64,000 nucleotides of DNA from Eledone cirrhosa (taxonomy: Eukaryota), in NCBI GenBank assembly GCA_964016885.1, contig OZ024740.1:399466001-399530000 (forward strand). Reading direction: 5' to 3'. The position numbers and the translations under genes were made by a program. Below, one piece after another: positions 27,763 to 40,900 of this stretch (positions within the stretch are counted from its first letter, which is position 1; every line of letters starts with the position of its first letter). Below the pieces are notes generated by a model, which was given only the letters and a program-made list of their open reading frames with translations, had not been told where the DNA came from and made no database searches.

Positions 27763-29199
27763 TATCATCATCATCAGGTTTAGCGTCCGTGTTCCACGCT
27801 TGCATGGGTTTGGACGGGGGTTTTCCCACTTGAGGCAAGAGTGGTTGTCTTGCTCGCATAGGACTGTCTGGCGGGTTTTCTACAGTTGGATGCCCTTCCT
27901 AACACCAACCACATTTACAGTGTGGGGCTGGGAGGTTTTTACCGTGTTGCCTACACGGCCACATTACAGCGTGGACTGTCTGGCGGGTTTTCTACAGCTG
28001 GATGCCCTTCCTAACACCAACCACATTTACAGTGTGGGGCTGGGAGGTTTTTACCGTGTTGCCTACACGGCCACATTTACAGCGTGGACTGTGTGTTTTT
28101 TGTCGTGACACCTACACGATCTCATTTGTTTCGGCCTGGATGTTGTGGGACCAACATAACTTTACATTGAAAGGGGCGGTGTGGGTGGGGTGGAGGTGGT
28201 GGGACGGGGGTGTGTTTTGATAGAGGTGCCTACTGACTGTAGTAGGTTTTTACTTTGTATTTAGGTAAGGCGGGTCTTCTCTATTACTGAGTACCGCCAA
28301 AGGTCTCGGTCCAGTGACATTGTCTTGGAGAGGTGTAAGCGTGTGAGGTCGGAATTTATCAGCTCGTCCCATGTTTTTCTGGGTCTGCCTACTCCGTGGC
28401 TACCGTCTATCTTTATTGCCCTGCACTTTGTTATACAGCTGTCGTCTTTCATGCGCATCACGTGACCGTACCAACGTAGCCTTCTCTCGAGTAAACAACA
28501 TCTGATCCCTCTTATTTCTAATTTTTTCCTTAGTTCGTTTATGCTTTGCCGTTCACGTATATTACTATTGCACATCCAGCGGAGCATGCAAGCTTCGTTC
28601 CTCTCTAGTCTGCGTATATCCTCTGCACACAATGCCCAGGTCTCACTGCCATGCAGCATTGCTGTTCGTATGCAGGCATCGTATAACCTGCCTTTCATTT
28701 TTAGGGAGAACCCTCTAGCGGCTAATAGTGGTATAAGCTCTCTGAACTTTTTCCATCCAGTTCTGACTCTAGCTACTGTACTTTCAGAGCACCCTCCCCC
28801 ACTGCTGATTTTGTCACCCAGATAACGGAAGCTGTCCACTATTTCTATAGAACCCTCTGCGCAGTTGAAGGAGCTAGTATTTTGTGGGCACTTGCTGCTA
28901 CTTATTGCACCAGAGCACCGGCCACATGTAAAATCTATGTTCTTAGTTAGCTTACCTGTGATCCCACTACATCTTTTATGCACCCATACTTTGCATTTGG
29001 GACATAAAATGGAGTTTCTACCTACGCCTTTCCTACACACTGAGCATGGCCATTTCCCCGATGGGACCGCCGCCTTATTTTCTTTCCTACAAACTAGAAC
29101 TTTAGTCTTAGCCAGGTTAATTTTAAGGCCTTTTGATTCTAGGCCGTGCTTCCACGTTTGGAATTTCTTCTCTAGTTCGGTCATTGATTCAGCTATGAG
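27763..29199 (-). mobile_element. RTE family B, 5'-truncated (ORF 28261-29184)
   Basis: 307-aa ORF homologous to the C-terminal third of the intact RTE, including the PHD-like finger; duplicated 3' UTR unit; (GAT)n tail. Confidence 0.92.
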
Positions 29200-29209
29200 T
29201 ATATATATA

Positions 29210-29871
29210 TATAAAGAATTAGTATATCTACCAACATATTTATACAGATGTATACTTACACTAGCAAATATATAGGTTTTGTCTTAGTAACTTTGTGGTT
29301 CAATACAAAGGGATGCAGAACAATTATATGAAAGACGTAAAATAAGAAAATTATATAATTGTTCTGCATCCCTTTGTATTGAACCACAAAGTTACTAAGA
29401 CAAAACCTATATATTTGCTAGCATAAGTATACATCTGTATAAATATGTTGGTAGATATACTAATTCTTTATAATTATCTCCAAATTATTTTGTTGAGCAA
29501 AAATCTGCCAAATTACTACTGTGGTTCATAGTATTAGCCTGGCTACTGTCTTTTTAACACCCCACTCCTCACTGATTAACCTCAATGTCACGTGATTGAT
29601 TCTTTTGAATTTGCCACCAACCAAGAAGGCAGTGATTTTTTCAATGTCTTGGAATTTAGTCCCCGCTTGCTCTTTTCCATCCACTGAATTATTTTTGTAT
29701 AAGTTTCCTGTGTCCGCGCATCGCCAGGAATCTTAGCCGAGAATGACTTCCTGCTGAAGAAAGGTTTCTCCATGATCTCCATTTGAAGACTATGTATATC
29801 CCCTTTCAGAAACTAATTAGTTGGAGTGAAATTTAAGTAAGTTAATTACTATAATTTTCTTATTTTACGTC

Positions 29872-29880
<9 letters not shown>
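29210..29880. mobile_element. Rearranged Penelope-like terminal fragment with inverted repeats and hammerhead-like core
   Basis: 120-bp inverted arms (29210-29329 / 29353-29472); 31-bp inverted repeat (29325-29355 / 29850-29880); CTGAAGA...GAAACtaattaGTT at 29754-29822. Confidence 0.55.
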
Positions 29881-29912
<32 letters not shown>

Positions 29913-30444
29913 CACACACAAGCCTTTTCAAGGGTATAGTGATATTTGTAGGGTGTGTAAAAATAGGTAACTAGTCTTGGTTGAATTTATCCTAGTAGTA
30001 AACTGGGCTGATGGAAAAAGCTGGGGTGTCAAAGAATAGTAAGTGTATCTGGACAGGCAAGGGGTTAGGAGAAGGAAGTGGTGAGGGTGGTTAGTGGGTA
30101 GAATGAAGTAGAGGGAGCAGGAGCATAATGGTCATAGGAATAGAAGGTTGGAGGGGTGAGGAGTAAGCCTATTTATAGACGGGACTTAGAGGCTGAAGGA
30201 GTATTTTTAAGTAATAAAATAAAAAATAAAAACAATGGGTTATATAGAAGTAAATGAGCAAATTGTTAAGTGAATTAGTAAATGGGATAAAATCCAATCC
30301 AATAAGATCAGGTAAAATATAAGGGTTTAAAAATAGGTAAAGTCGGTAAAATGGGTTGGTAACCAGTGATAAAGTCTATGTATTATGTGTATAAATACTG
30401 CATATACACACAAGCATACACAAGTATACTGGGGAGTTTTGAAA

Positions 30445-30945
30445 GCTGCATAAAAAGGTGCAGAGCACTAAAAGTCAATGGAAGCCTTGGAGTGGGGAGA
30501 CCCAAGAAGACCTAGGATGAGGTGATAAAAGCTGACCTTGCCCAATTGCACTTCTCAAAGGCAATGACACAGGACCATGACCTCTGGCGTCACGCAGTAA
30601 TACAGAAGACCCGACATGCTACAGGTTCCAAGCCGAAGCTGAAGCATATAGACACTATGCCTCCACTCCCTCCCACTGCAAAGTGGTCGTGGAGGTGTCA
30701 TGACAACAATCACCCAGCCCACACTGTAAAGTGGTTGTGTAGGCACCACAGTTAAAAAGCACCCAGTATTCACTGTAAATGAGGTTGGTGTTAGGAAGGG
30801 CATCCAGCTGTAGAAATCAAGCCCAAATTAGTTCCCGTATGAGCAAGACAAAGTCAGCGGACCTGGCATTGCCCACGAGAGGACAACCCGTCTAACCCAT
30901 GCTAGCATGGAACAATGGACATAAAACAATGATGATGATGATGAT
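30445..30945 (+). mobile_element. RTE family A-like 3' fragment
   Basis: SCIKRCRAL...GRPKKT*DEVIKADL, followed by UTR and (GAT)n tail. Confidence 0.88.
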
Positions 30946-31064
30946 ATATATATATATATATATATATTCGTTGCACTCATAAGGTAGGTAGGGAAAACTA
31001 TGTATGCAGTAGATGTACAGGGAAAGTTGGCAGTAGTAATCGCAGTGATAGACACATTTTTCCA

Positions 31065-31697
31065 ATGCAGGTGGGTTCTATAGAAGTAGTTGATAGCTTC
31101 CGGTAGCTAGGTGATCAGATTAGCATGGGAGGGGGATTCCGAGGCCATAGTATCTAGAATAAGGACGGGCTGGAAGAAGTTTAGTGAGCTGCTTCTTCTG
31201 TTGACAAAGAAGGGTTTCTCCCTGCGTATGAAAGGATGGTTATATACTGCCGATGCGCGATGCTGCATGGTAGTGAGACATGGACAGCAACTGCAGAGGA
31301 TATGCGACGGCTGGAGAGAAATGAAGCAAGTATGCTCCGTTGGATGTACAATGTCAATGTGCGTGAACAACCAAGCATGGACGAGTTGAGAAAGAAACTG
31401 GGTATAAGAGGAATAAGTTGTGGTGTGCAGGAGAGAAGGCTGAGATGGTATGGACATGTGATGAACATGGAGGATGACTGCTGGGTAAAGAAGTGCCAAG
31501 AAATCCCAGTAGAAGGAAGACGCAGTAGAAGGAAGACCACGAAAAACATGGGTGGAGGTGGTGAGAGCAGACCTCAGATCGCTGAAACTAACCAAGGAGA
31601 TGACGAAGGACCGTGACAAGTGGAGAGATGCTGTGCTGAATAGGACCCGTCCAACCCTTGCAAGCAGGGAAAAGCAGACGTAAAATGATGATGATGA
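31065..31697 (+). mobile_element. RTE family C 3' fragment
   Basis: RIRTGWKKF, AMLHGSETW, ERRLRWYGHV; short distinct tail cccttgcaagcagggaaaagcagacgtaaaa(tga)n. Confidence 0.88.
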
Positions 31698-33307
31698 TAT
31701 ATATGACAGGCTTCCATATAGTTTCTATCAACCAAATTCACTAACAATATATTAGTCAGCCAGAGTCTACTGTATACAAGGTGCCATACAGAGTGATAGA
31801 ACCTGAAACAAACACCTTTCTTCACAACACAACCATGTTTGCATCTGTAATGGTCTAAGCTGAGTATCCTGATGCTAAGACAGAGAACAATGAAGAGCAG
31901 ATACTCTTGCAACCAGTAATATTGAAGAGGCATGGTTAACATAGATAAATAAATGCTGCATGTATTTAAAATGTAACATATGATATATTGAAGATCAATT
32001 CAGAAAAATAAATTCTGTTGTGAAAACAAAAATGACTTTTTCAATGTTGAAATAAGATAAATTTGGTTTGCATTGCTTATCTCTAAACTCAGAACTTTAT
32101 CTCATTATTTAGTTATCACTTGGCAATATTTTACTCTTTTTTATCTTAGGAAGTCTTTTTATTGTTGTTATTAATGTTGGTTTTTATATAAGGTAGTTAA
32201 TTTAATGTTTATACAACTTATGTAAAAAAGCTTTATTCTTCCATGCTCTTCTTCAACAGAAGCATGCATACACATTTAGATATTAATGGATACACATGTA
32301 CATATATAACACATACATGTATATACATAGGTCAGTGAACTCTTCTGAAATAGTTCAGATTCTGAGATGAAGACTACAATAACCTGTATATTTAACATCT
32401 CAATTTTCTCCATTATTACTATTGCTGTTGTATGGAACACAATAATGAGATGGTGATGGGACTGTTAGGTGTAGTTCAACAATGGTATCAGATAAGAAAA
32501 AATAACTAAATGTGTCAGCAGATTGTCAATAGTAGTTCACTGATTTCAGGTGGAACCAAATGAATCTGCAGAGATACAATGGCTCCAGTTGTGACAGTAG
32601 TGACACTAAATTTATCAACTAAGGCCAAGTAACACCAGATATGCTAGCAGTGATGCATGCCAATAATAATAGCATATAGATAAGTAGTTGCAAAGTCTCT
32701 CAGGCCATAATTATAGTGGCACAAGATCTAATGGTTGTGTACTGAGTTCAGATGAGTCACCTGCAGTACCAAATATATCAGAAAGTAATTCACTACCTAT
32801 CACATTCTAACTGGCATATACCTATCACATTCCACACTATATGTACTAATACTGGTATATTAACTTTAGATAATTCAACAGTAATACATGAGAAAGGCAA
32901 AATAGGATATTTTAGTGACTAGGAAAATCCCAATCATAAAAATCTGTCCACAGGGAAAACAGACATTGAATTATGATGTTGAAGATGATACATATCATTG
33001 AAAAGTTATAACGATGAATAGAGGAAGTTTTACATTTTATGTTATTAAAGTCTTTTCTAGTGCATTTAAAACAAGTCTACCTGACAAAACCTATTGTTTT
33101 CTAAGCTAAAATAGAGGGACGAAAGCTGTTGTATGGATACGTTTAGTCAATACCAGCATGGATATGCAACATGTAAAAATTGACATGTATAAGAAATGTG
33201 AGAACTGTGGGAAAGTAGAACTGTGATATAACTGTGTTTATGTTTTTTTTTCTTCTTCAAGCGTAATACTTCCCATTTAAACAAACTGCAAAGCATACAA
33301 TACTTAC

Positions 33308-33397
33308 TGCTTTTTGGTCTACATTAACACCTGGCTTTCCACACAAAAGCTTAACAACATCAGGTTTGCCATGTTTTGCTGCCCAGTGAAGTGCCGT
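33308..33397 (-). CDS. SOWAH: Ankyrin-repeat exon of SOWAH-like gene (TALHWAAKHGKPDVVKLLCGKPGVNVDQKA)
   Basis: tttgtttacag acceptor, gtaagta donor, 90 nt, phase 0/0. TALHWAAKHG is typical of the first SOWAH ankyrin repeat. Confidence 0.9.
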
Positions 33398-33519
33398 CTG
33401 TAAACAAATTGATTTAAACACATAACTAAAAATAAGTAACATTATACTTTTATTTACATTATTATAATTCATTTTGATTTAATGTTTCTAACTAAGCACT
33501 GCCATCATTCAAAACAAGT

Positions 33520-33860
33520 TAACACATGTGGTTATGCCAACAAAGTCAGAAAACATCACAGCTCCCATGACTTTCGGAAACATTTTTTTATGTTGCTGAA
33601 GCATGGAACAAACTACCTGCATCAGTTGTTAGCTGTCGAGACACTGCATCCTTTAAAACTTCCATGCTTCCTGAGATTCGCCAACACTATACCTGATATA
33701 CCCCTCCATATACACGCACACATGTATATCATGACTCATACACTGTTCATTTTCCTGACATTTGTACATTATTCTATGTACTATACATGCACCTTTAATG
33801 AGTTGTAGTGCACCTGAGCACTGTACACAATAATTTCATTATTATTATTATATTATTATC
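33520..33860 (+). mobile_element. CR1/L2-like 3' fragment
   Basis: Homologous to 23195-23540. Confidence 0.85.
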
Positions 33861-34324
33861 ACAGGAATGTTTTGATCATAGAAATGTATACAAGCTTATT
33901 GCTGACTGGATTTTCCTTTGGACTGCTGAGTCCAAGACACTAATGCCAACATCACTCATAGCATCAAGCCACTGACAAAACAAGCATCATAATCAATACA
34001 TAACAGCCTAAGTATCTAATTACACTGATACGCGTGAAGGACTGTGTGTGCACACACACATAAAGAACAACAATATCAGAAATATATAAAAACTTATTAC
34101 CAACTACATTTTTCTGTTAAGTTAAAGACATAAACATCAACTTATTATCACAGGATATCAGCAAAAGTACATATATAAAATAAATATATATTTCTAATAG
34201 TAGTCTACAGCATGCCAGAAGATGCTAGGCTACTAAGAGTTTGTTAGCTTAGCAAGATTATTTGGAGAATTCTAAAATTACAATTTTTCAGCATTGTTTC
34301 AATTTTACACAACAGTATTCTGCT

Positions 34325-34671
34325 TCATCATCATCATCATTTCATTTTACGTCCGCTTTTTCCCTGCTTGCAAGGGTGGGACGGGAACTGATGCTGGTTT
34401 GATTTCTACAGCTGGATGCCCTTCCTAACACCAACCTCATTTACAGTGAGTGCTGGGTGCTTTTTTTTGCCGTGGCACCTCCACGACCACTTTGCAGTGG
34501 AATGATATGGACCCCAGTCCCTATTATCTCATTTCTACAGCTGAGTAAACTGGAGCAATGTGAAATAAAGTGTCTTGCTCAAGGAAACAACACATCACCC
34601 GGTCTGAGAATTGAACTCACAACCTTTTGATTGCAAGGCCAATGCTCTAACCACTAAGCCATGTGCCTCCA
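34325..34671 (-). mobile_element. SINE family 2 full copy
   Basis: Reverse complement of 15379-15725. Confidence 0.9.
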
Positions 34672-36253
34672 TATATATATTTTCTTGACAAAATAATCTT
34701 GATCGTTTATCTTTCACTGTCAGTCATTCCTTTCTTAAATGACCAAACACAATTGTTGGTATTTCTCAGATAGAATTTATGAAACAATTGATATCCGTTT
34801 TGATACCACTCATTTTATATGAAGGCAGCACATGAGGAACCAATTCTCTCTTTTCCTTGCATCTACTACACAACTGTCATGTTCCTTTTCTTACTCTCAA
34901 TGTTAAACTACTTTTGATAGTGACTAATGTTAAAAATAATAACAGGGAGAATTTTTTTTAGATCACATGTGAAAGTAGGATACAGAGAAAGAGACCACTT
35001 ATTGCAGTTAACACAAATGTAAGATGCTGGAAAAAATAAATATTGCAAGATGTAGAGATTGTTGGATTATGATCAAGAAACAAGAAAAATTGAGAAATAT
35101 CAGAATTTCAAATGTTAGGTTGCAACTACATCATCATAGATGCACTAGAAACAATCTCTAAAATTCATATTTAATAAATTATAAAAATGTTTAGGTAAAA
35201 TAAAAACAGCACTTCTTAAAACTTAATCATATTATAAAATGTTATGACACTGATAAGGATTTTGGAAATCTAAAGTAAATGGTGAGAACAATTAAAGGGA
35301 GTTCCCAAAACTGAGTAAACTGACAAAGAAAAAAAAAGGGGGAGGGGGAGAGAAAGTATGTGTGCGCGTTGTCATTTTAGCCACAAGTTACTAAATTACA
35401 CTTTATTTTCCTCTCTTTTAGACAAAGAGCATAACACCAAAATGTTAAATGTTTTCACTTCTCAAATCAAGTTGAATACAAACTCTTCTACAAACACTTG
35501 TAATAATAATAAAAAGGAAATACATCAGAAACCAAACTCTTACGAGAACCTCTTATGTAATATATGAAAATCTAGGAAGAAAGGAAATACTAATAATTCT
35601 TTCTAACATTGGCACAAGGCTAGCAATTTCTGGAAAGATGAAAAACGATTATATCGACCTGCATACTTTATGGATATCACAAGAATGAAAGGCAAAGTTG
35701 ACCTCAACAGATTTCAAAAGAACATAAAGGACAGTAACTAAATGTTACAAAGCATTTTTACCAATGTTCTAACAGTTCTGCCTTCTCAACACTGTCAGAA
35801 ACACTACTAATAATGACTTCTGACTTCTAGTATAAGCTCAAAGCTACACATTTATGGGGAAAGTGGGAAAAGATGTAATTAAATTTATCTCAGTAATTTG
35901 AGCCCTAAACGTTAAAAGACAAAGTTGACTCTTGTGATATTTGAAACCACCCTATCTAAATACAAAGCAGTTTGTCTTTTGTTCTACCACCATCAATACT
36001 ACCATAAATAATCTAATCTAAAATATTTCATGTGTATTGGTCACTTGGTTTGTCCATCTGTCATGTTTGATAACATAGAAAAAAGAGGAAGATAAAGAAA
36101 GAATTATAATATGGGTTGAAGGAGGAGTTATACAGAGTGTGTGCGAAGTAGGGTTTCCTCTATTCAAAATTCCAGAGTATAGTAACAAAAAAAAAAAAGA
36201 ACCAACAAAAAATAAAAACAACAGCTAGAACTGTATTCTTTTACTGGTTTCAG

Positions 36254-36790
36254 TTAGAGTGAATTTGATGTGTGTTTATTTGATGAGTTTGGCCTGCACC
36301 TGCTGTCATGCTGCCAGAGCATAGGCTGGTTCCACCGACATGCTGCTCTCAACGACATATTGAGGAGCCTGGATGCTGTCGGCTTCCCTTCACAAATGGA
36401 GCCAGCAGGCCTTGACTGCAGAGATGACAAATGCCCCAACGGGATTACTCTTTTCCCATTTGAAGGAGGTGAATCCCTCATCTGGGATGCAACATGCTGT
36501 GACATGTTCTCTGCCTCCAGCTTAGTCACTTCAGTCACAAACCCCAGTACTTCGGCCTACAATGCAGACGACATAAAAACAAGCAAATACCGGGGCTTGT
36601 CTGGTCGTGTCCTCGGACCCCATACAGCCAAGCTCCTCTGTAAAATCGGAACATCAGCAGCCTGTCTGAGGAAGGAGCCACATGAGGTGGGTTGGATGGT
36701 GCAGCTGGTGTCGCTGGCTATTGTCTGTGGATATGCCTTTGCAGTTTTGTCTGCAGGGTGCAGCCGAAACACCTCTCTAACCTAAGCACA
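36254..36790 (+). mobile_element. CRE-like non-LTR retrotransposon C-terminal restriction-like endonuclease fragment
   Basis: GLHLLSC..RHAALND...EP.GL...PNGITLFPF.GG.SLIWDATCCD (decayed RPDG...WDAT motif). Confidence 0.75.
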
Positions 36791-37797
36791 GAGTCTGTCC
36801 CCCTATTTGTCCTAGCTTCTTCCCTTCTTTTCTTCACATTTATAGCATTTATAGTCTTTTCCTCTTTCCTATAGAGCCAAATCTGACTTTCTTTACCCTT
36901 TCCCTCTTGTTTTTTCATTACTTAATTTTGTTTTCATTTTTTTTTTAATATTTCCATCCTTGTATGACTTCTGTTTGTAAAATATAGTTCCCAATAAATT
37001 GTAAATGCACTTTATGAACTAGTTTTAATTTCTCAATAAAACAACTTCATTTAGTTCAGTGAAGTTCAAAGAAAAAGTAAGAATAAAATGCTACAAGAAA
37101 TCTAGTTTAAATCTTAGGTCAAATCATTTATTTTCTTTCTTTTAAATGTCTGTATGGATGTTTTAGCAAAACAAAATCAATGTTAAAAAGAATAGAAAAT
37201 GTTTGGAAAAAGTTTTTTTCATTTTTATTTGACTATTTTGAATTGAATCTGAATTGAATAATTTTTTTTTTTCCAGAAAAATTAAATGACCAAAGCTGGA
37301 TAGAGATGACAGCTAAGACATGCTGTTAGTAATAACAGCAGCTGGGGGCTAATGTTGACACAAGAGAAAAGGAGAAGTAGAGATGAGGAAAATGGTATTA
37401 GAATTAAGGAGTATAATATATCAAGAGCCTTATTCTTGTATATAAATAATAAAATAAATAATAAATATTTAGAATGAAATCTGAAAAAAAAAAAAAAATA
37501 CCAACCCCGATCCCACCCCACCCAAGGAGAATAAAACCCTCTTTTCAGCCTATAACAATGAATGTTGTATGAATAGAATATTTAACCTTAACTCACCTAA
37601 ACTGCTGCCATTTTAACAACAGCTTTTAGACTTGTCTGGTTCTTTAAATGTTGTTGTGTGTGGCCACATTAAATTAGATTTCATTTTACAACTACAACAA
37701 TCCTTAAGTATTAAGGGGCTTCTACCTTTGGATTCATTGTAACTAAAGGGGTCTATGATAAATAGGAAGGAAGTGGGGTGATGAGCAGGAAGAGTTA

Positions 37798-37945
37798 ATC
37801 ATCATCATCACCGTTTTACGTCCGTTCTTCCACGTTAGCATGGGTTAGACGGGTTGTCCTGTTGTGGGCAGTGTCTGGTCGGCTGACCATGCCTTGCTCA
37901 TACAGGAACTGATTTGGTTTGATTTATACAGCTTGATTTATACAG
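37798..37945 (-). mobile_element. RTE family A 3' tail fragment
   Basis: Reverse complement of about 41745-41870. Confidence 0.88.
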
Positions 37946-37985
37946 TTAATATATGTATGTATATATATATATATATATATATATA

Positions 37986-40900
37986 AATTTTTCCCTGCTG
38001 TATTAGCGATAAATTTTCGAGGGTTTCTCTTAGTAGCTTTTTCATGTCGTTAATATTATGATGTTCCCTGCTGTATTAGCGTTAAATTTTCCCTGCTGTA
38101 TTAGCGATAAATTTTCGAGGGTTTCTCTTAGTAGCTTTTTTCATGACGTTATTATTGTTAATTTTACTGATGTAGTATTAACTTGGATATTTACCATGCG
38201 ACCCTCAGTTCCTACCTCACAATTTCCCTCCCCCCCACCCCCACTCACCACCATAGTCTATTCGACCAATCAAACCTAGCATGCCATTTCCACTGCTGCT
38301 GCTGCTACTACCTGCCTAACTAACTCTCTCCTCCTCTGGCGCATCCCAACACACCCTGCCATTACCCCACCACCACTGTCCTTCTAGCCCTCAATTTTCC
38401 CACCGTTATGGATGGATGAGCTGGGAATACACGAGCAACTCTGAATCAATAGATGAAATATGAATCTGCGAGCTACCAAGCACCCACGTGAAGCGCCAAC
38501 CCAGAGACCCTCCCCTACGAGTGTCGACAAATGCCCAAAACTCCGAGTTGGTACCATCAATGTAGGCTCAATGAAAGGAAGAGCAGGAGAAATCGTAGAA
38601 ATGCTAGAGCGAAAGGAAGTTGATGTATGCTGTGTGCAAGAGACTAGATGGAGAGGAGGGTCTGCTAGAGTCCTTGTAGGAAAAAGCCAGTGCTACAAAT
38701 TTTTCTGGGTGGGAAATGACGATGGGATGGGTGGTGTAGGTATACTATTAGCTGACAAGTGGGTAGATAAAGTAATCTCAGTGTACAGGGTAAATGCAAG
38801 AATCATTAAACTCAGACTAGTCCTGAATAAGACAATTACCACAATAATATCAGCTTACGCACCCCAATCGGGGCTGCCAGACGAACTTAAGGATAGGTTT
38901 TACGAGTCCCTAATACACACTACTGCTCTAACAGACGACAAGGACTTCCTAATCATTGCAGGAGATTTTAACGGACACGTAGGTAAACACTGCGACGGCT
39001 TCAATAGAGTACATGGAGGCCATGGAGTTGGCACAAGGAATGAGGAAGGATTCAGACTTCTAGAATTCTGCGACGCCAATGACATGTCGATATGTAACAC
39101 AAACTTTAAAAAACCCGACAACCACCTGATCACCTATAGATCAGGGGAGCACTCTAGTCAGTTAGATTTTATCCTCATCAGAGGACGTGACAGATGGACG
39201 GTCGTAAACACAAAAGCCTTCCCTAGTGAGGAATGTACATCCCAACATAGCTTAGTTGTCAGCGACCTCACGGTCAGAACTAGACGAGCCCTGAAACAGA
39301 GGCCAACCTGGAGAAGAAAGATCTGGAAGCTGAAAGTCCCCTCAACCAGTAACAGATTTAAAGATATTTTACTCAACGCCTACGACAGTAAAGAAGAACA
39401 GATAGAGACATTTAACGTAGAAGAGAACTGGGAGTTCCTAAAAAATAACTTACTAGAGGCGACGGATGAGGTTTGTGGCTGGAGTAAGACCTCAAGCAGG
39501 AGGAGAGTGACTTGGTGGTGGAACAATAAGGTAGATGAAGCAGTCAAGGCCAAGAGACAGGCATGGAAAGAATGGAAGAACGGGGGGAGCAGGGTACATT
39601 ACATAGAGACCAAGAGGGAAGCTAGGCGACAAGTATACTTAGCTAGGAGGGAAGCAGAGGATAGAAAATTCAAGCATGTTTTACAACGTGAGGACCAGAA
39701 ACAGGAGGTATTCAAGATTGCGAGGCAGTGTGTCAGAGATAGTTGTGATGTCATTGGAGAGAAGTGTATCCGGAATGATAAAGGTGAGCTTGCCCTCACA
39801 AGTGCTGAGAAGAAAGATGCATGGAAGAGTCATTATGATAGATTACTAAATGAGGAGAATGCATGGGAAGAAGAGACCCTACCCCACGTAGACCCTATAG
39901 AGGGACCAGCAGTACAAGTCAGCGGCAGCGTAGTAAGTAAGGCAATCAGAGATATGAAGATAGGGAAGGCAACCGGTCCATCGGGTATAGCTGCCGAGAT
40001 GCTGAAGGCATCTGGGTCTGTAGGTCACACTATAACCACACGTATCGTTAACCAGGTAATACTAGAGGGGGCCATACCAAAAGATTGGTGCAGTAGCATC
40101 ATTGTCAACTGCTACAAAGGTAAAGGCGATGCACTAGATAGAGGAAACTATAGAGGTATAAAGTTGATGGACCAGGTCATGAAAGTAACAGAAAGAGTTA
40201 TAGCACAGCTGATTAGGGACCGGGTGAATATAGACGAGATGCAATTTGGGTTTGTTCCAGGGAAAGGCACCACTGATGCGCTCTTCCTTGTGAGGCAATT
40301 ACAGGAAAAGTACCTAGCTAAAAGTAAGCCACTCTACTTGGCATTTGTCGACCTTGAGAAAGCCTTTGACAGAGTTCCACGTGCAGTAATCTGGTGGGCT
40401 CTTAGAAAACTAGGAGTAGATGAATGGCTTGTGAAAGCGGTACAAGCCATGTATAGGGGAGCAGTCAGCAAAGTTAGGATTGGCAATGAGTATAGCGAGG
40501 AATTTAGCGTACAGGTTGGGGTCCACCAGGGCTCTGTTCTTAGCCCTCTCCTGTTCATCATAGTCCTGCAGGCAATAACGGAGGAGTTTAAGACCGGATG
40601 CCCATGGGAACTCCTGTATGCTGATGACCTCGCACTCATAGCTGAATCTATGGTAGAACTAGAGAATAAATTCCAAACCTGGAAGCAGGGACTAGAGAGA
40701 AAGGGCCTCAAAGTCAACATGACAAAGACTAAGGTCCTTATAAGTAGACGAGAAAACAGAACCCAGATCCCCTCAGGGAAATGGCCTTGCTCAGTATGTA
40801 GGAAAGGTGTAGGTAGGAACTCCATTCTCTGCCCCAAATGCAAACAATGGGTACACAAGAGATGTAGCGGGATCTCAGGAAGCTTAATTAAGAATGTAGG

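Noticed and set aside
37588-37605. tttag|gtgagt recursive-splice-like motif
   Set aside because: No polypyrimidine tract upstream.
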